DNA of 64,000 nt from an uncultured bacterium (GTDB lineage Bacteria; B130-G9), in NCBI GenBank assembly GCA_965372715.1, contig CBDVDH010000008.1, positions 1 to 64,000 on the forward strand, written 5' to 3'. This document shows, piece after piece, positions 63,401 to 64,000 of this stretch; the stretch's first letter is position 1; each line of letters begins with the position of its first letter. The notes under the pieces were generated by a model. The model saw only the letters and a program-made list of their open reading frames with translations. It searched no databases and had not been told where the DNA came from. A program made the position numbers and the translations under genes.

Positions 63401-64000
63401 CGTGCGACGCCGTGAAACTGAACGTTCCCGATGCCCCGGTCTTGCTGTCTCCGCTGTCCGTCCAACTGCCTGAAGCAAACTTGTAGTAGAGTCGCGTCTC
63501 ACCAAGACCACTGCCACCGGTATCGGAAGCATTGAAATCTATGTTGATTACCGAGCTGTTGCTGTACGAAGGACTCTCGCAGCTTGAGGAAGGTGCCGTG
63601 GCATCATAAATGGTCGAATCGTCGCCGTCTCCAGAGGCGTCCGCCTCTTCGTTGCCAGCGTTGTCATTGGACTTCGTTTGGAAGTAGTAGGTGCCTTGTC
63701 CCTCGGAGGCGTTGAAACTGAACGATCCGCTCGCGCCCGTTTTCTCTTCGTAGAAGGTCCATGACCCACCTGAGCCAAACTTGTAGTAAAGTCTTGTCCA
63801 TTTGAGCCCACTGCCACCGCTGTCAGACGCGGAGAAGGAAACGCTTATCCCAGAGCTTTTGGAGTAGGTTGGGCTGTTACAGCTTGAAGAAGGCTTTGTG
63901 GCATCATAGATCGTCGAATCATCCCCATTAGCTGAGGGTCCGGACTCTGTATTCCCGGCGTTGTCCTCGGCTATCGTCTGGAAGTAATAAGTGCCTTCTC
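57486..64000 (-). CDS. Giant Ig-like repeat protein, 5'-truncated by the window edge (>2170 aa; about 19 complete ~100-aa repeats plus two terminal domains)
   Basis: The frame of the 1918-aa ORF continues to the edge (EGTYYFQTIAEDNAGNTESGPSANGDDSTIYDATKPSSSC...); same repeat as the other giants. Confidence 0.92.
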   Translation of the reverse strand, partial: EGTYYFQTIAEDNAGNTESGPSANGDDSTIYDATKPSSSCNSPTYSKSSGISVSFSASDSGGSGLKWTRLYYKFGSGGSWTFYEEKTGASGSFSFNASEGQGTYYFQTKSNDNAGNEEADASGDGDDSTIYDATAPSSSCESPSYSNSSVINIDFNASDTGGSGLGETRLYYKFASGSWTDSGDSKTGASGTFSFTASHGEGTYHFQTIAEDNAGNKESGPSGSGDDSTIYDATAPSSSCESPPYANSSPIVVTFTANDDVSGIDDVALWYSHDGEGWTDSGLSESGTSGSFDFTPTDGQGTYEFYTIAKDDAGNEESAPETADDSTVYDRVSPASDCETDEYSTTTSTVVSYSASDDLSGVAFVYLYHSYNGGGYVLYEEHGTENSGNITFVFEDGDGPYSFYTIAEDRSGNLEDAPSTADASIFLDTAAPQSVASCDEYASQTTIEVGFAASDGAGSGLHGAWLYYSFGGSDWEATGDWLDGASGSYSFEAAEDGSYSFCTVSQDIAGNTEELPEDVDCSILVDTTAPASDCASPDYASGATVAVNFTAADSGSGVALTTVWFRMQGGQWVESGIWEEGTIGTIAVEIATEGTAQFCTVCRDILDNTEEPPTQPDAETVVDRTSPVSSCEAPEQTASSPIDVSFEAQDSLTDITDVQLWYRVNGDWELYDSRQNMGSGTFTFGPEADGLFEFYTLAKDTAGNLESPPTQATCTTWFDTCSPSSVATSPTVANASPFGVGFIADDEAGVGQLTVRLWYRLDEGDWTDSGLSEEGTSGSIEFGPDLEGIYDFYTIASDGVDNVESAPESPDSTTVFDVSLPRSTCWASQYANSLPIVVDFASSDEGDAGLLETELWYSLNGGEFISAASREEGEAGQFDFTPQEGPGIYDIYTVATDNAGNVESPPEGYDASVIYDPIAAWSSCTSPEFSKTTAFEIAFEAGDDGPSGVLETRLWVSFNGDSWEYTGLSQSGESGVFSFAAQTGEGRYDFYTICLDKAGNSEEAPSQRDCTTVIDLTGPVSCCSCAPWGNGFPAVVEFTASDTGGSSLLRTELYFSQDGSDFASTGLYDQGQSGAFNFTGAVGQDVIYAFYTVASDGAGNVESAPTESDCTFVYDVSAPSSSCSSPPVTNTAPIPLAFTSDDGVKGSSLATVGLFYAFNGDDWLKASLEATTSTGQFDFTPSDGEGTYGFCTSARDRAGNAESIPDGADTLTIYDITPPTSSCSSPAYTNVSVAPVVFEVSDGLSGASGCGLWHRTEAGDWQDSGLWQDADSGTFDFHASSEGRYSFQTVAVDVAANRQAEPTEESPGCSTTVYDATPPTASTTTPEISNQAPIAVQFETSDNLSPVVRCRLWYRFEHGLWTDTGTAIEASSGQFELAPANGEGRYDFYAQSQDMADNEAPDPDAATEPHSSTVYDTVSPSVVSCTSSEVANSLPIAVLYEVAELTTQIAAVHLWFRHDGGSWADSTLQATTLTGDFAFEVQDIEGAYEFYIVAEDTASNSSPEPQAGTAGLSETLYDRTSPTSEASAPQFTVTLHVWVDFTASDALSGVRKTRLWFMPEGKDWQYTGIEPAGESGTCEFMPSNPNERYMFYTQAIDNAGNQEPEPETPADAKAQTLCDRIKPQSQASCPGYTSDRSLSIDFSASDDGSGVALTELWYRFNDGEWLKTSMSSGALSGQLSLSLPGGEGRYSFYTQSKDRAGNAENAPTASTECKCSTVYDVTVPSSQCSVPQYPKTNRLDVEFDSVDALSGVDRTLLWYRFESGAWVNTRLVLGEASGEFEFALGDGQGAYEFYTQAVDRAGNIPPSPSSHTAAGCGCVYDVQAPVSSSSCLAEVDSLPILVHFTAGDVVSGVDTTRLYYSFDDGEWTDSELALSGKSGTFEFDPSEGQGTYCFYTISTDVSGNVESVEGNIDPTECCVLYQEEAAAPNVAVAIGSNLTFFCLASNMEISLEYENTGGPVVADLYLAIELPQSVGGTQIFWTGTGLESQATPLEENVELYSGINRPSEVVFRFGPMGHLPEGIYTWSSWFCETETDEIVGNVAELTFEFTSECMNLSLSTNQEQYSQGDDLFLLCDVENAGENDEMDFYCAIRMPDGTFLFLPTFGESMQPMMSNLLLPVGLSITDFPIFSYRDLPELPQGQYTWYAACLNSYTGVFVSDLAQAEFTIAP

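Overview
Bacterial chromosome window, GC-rich in coding regions. It opens inside a stand-alone 23S rRNA gene (minus strand) that has its own sigma70 promoter and boxA and no 16S upstream. Over 40% of the window is three giant acidic modular proteins: a 3176-aa active subtilase, a 4176-aa beta-helix/Ig/FN3 protein, and a >2170-aa Ig-repeat protein running off the right edge. They share a ~98-aa repeat and 2-3 terminal copies of a ~120-aa C-terminal domain that may be an undescribed sorting/anchoring signal. Other genes: carbamoyltransferase, STAND adenylate/guanylate cyclase, two tRNA-Arg, tmRNA, RicT, DAHP synthase, FapA-like protein, rho, several glycosyltransferases and epimerases, a divergent radical SAM protein, and an intact subtilase homologue that has lost all catalytic residues. 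Small mobile DNA is abundant: REP-like hairpins, IS1182-like MITEs inserted into hairpins and carrying REPs inside, an IS256 remnant, and a GIY-YIG gene at the tmRNA 3' end whose upstream hairpin motif also occurs inside 23S helix 25. All calls are from reading motifs by eye; no database searches were run.
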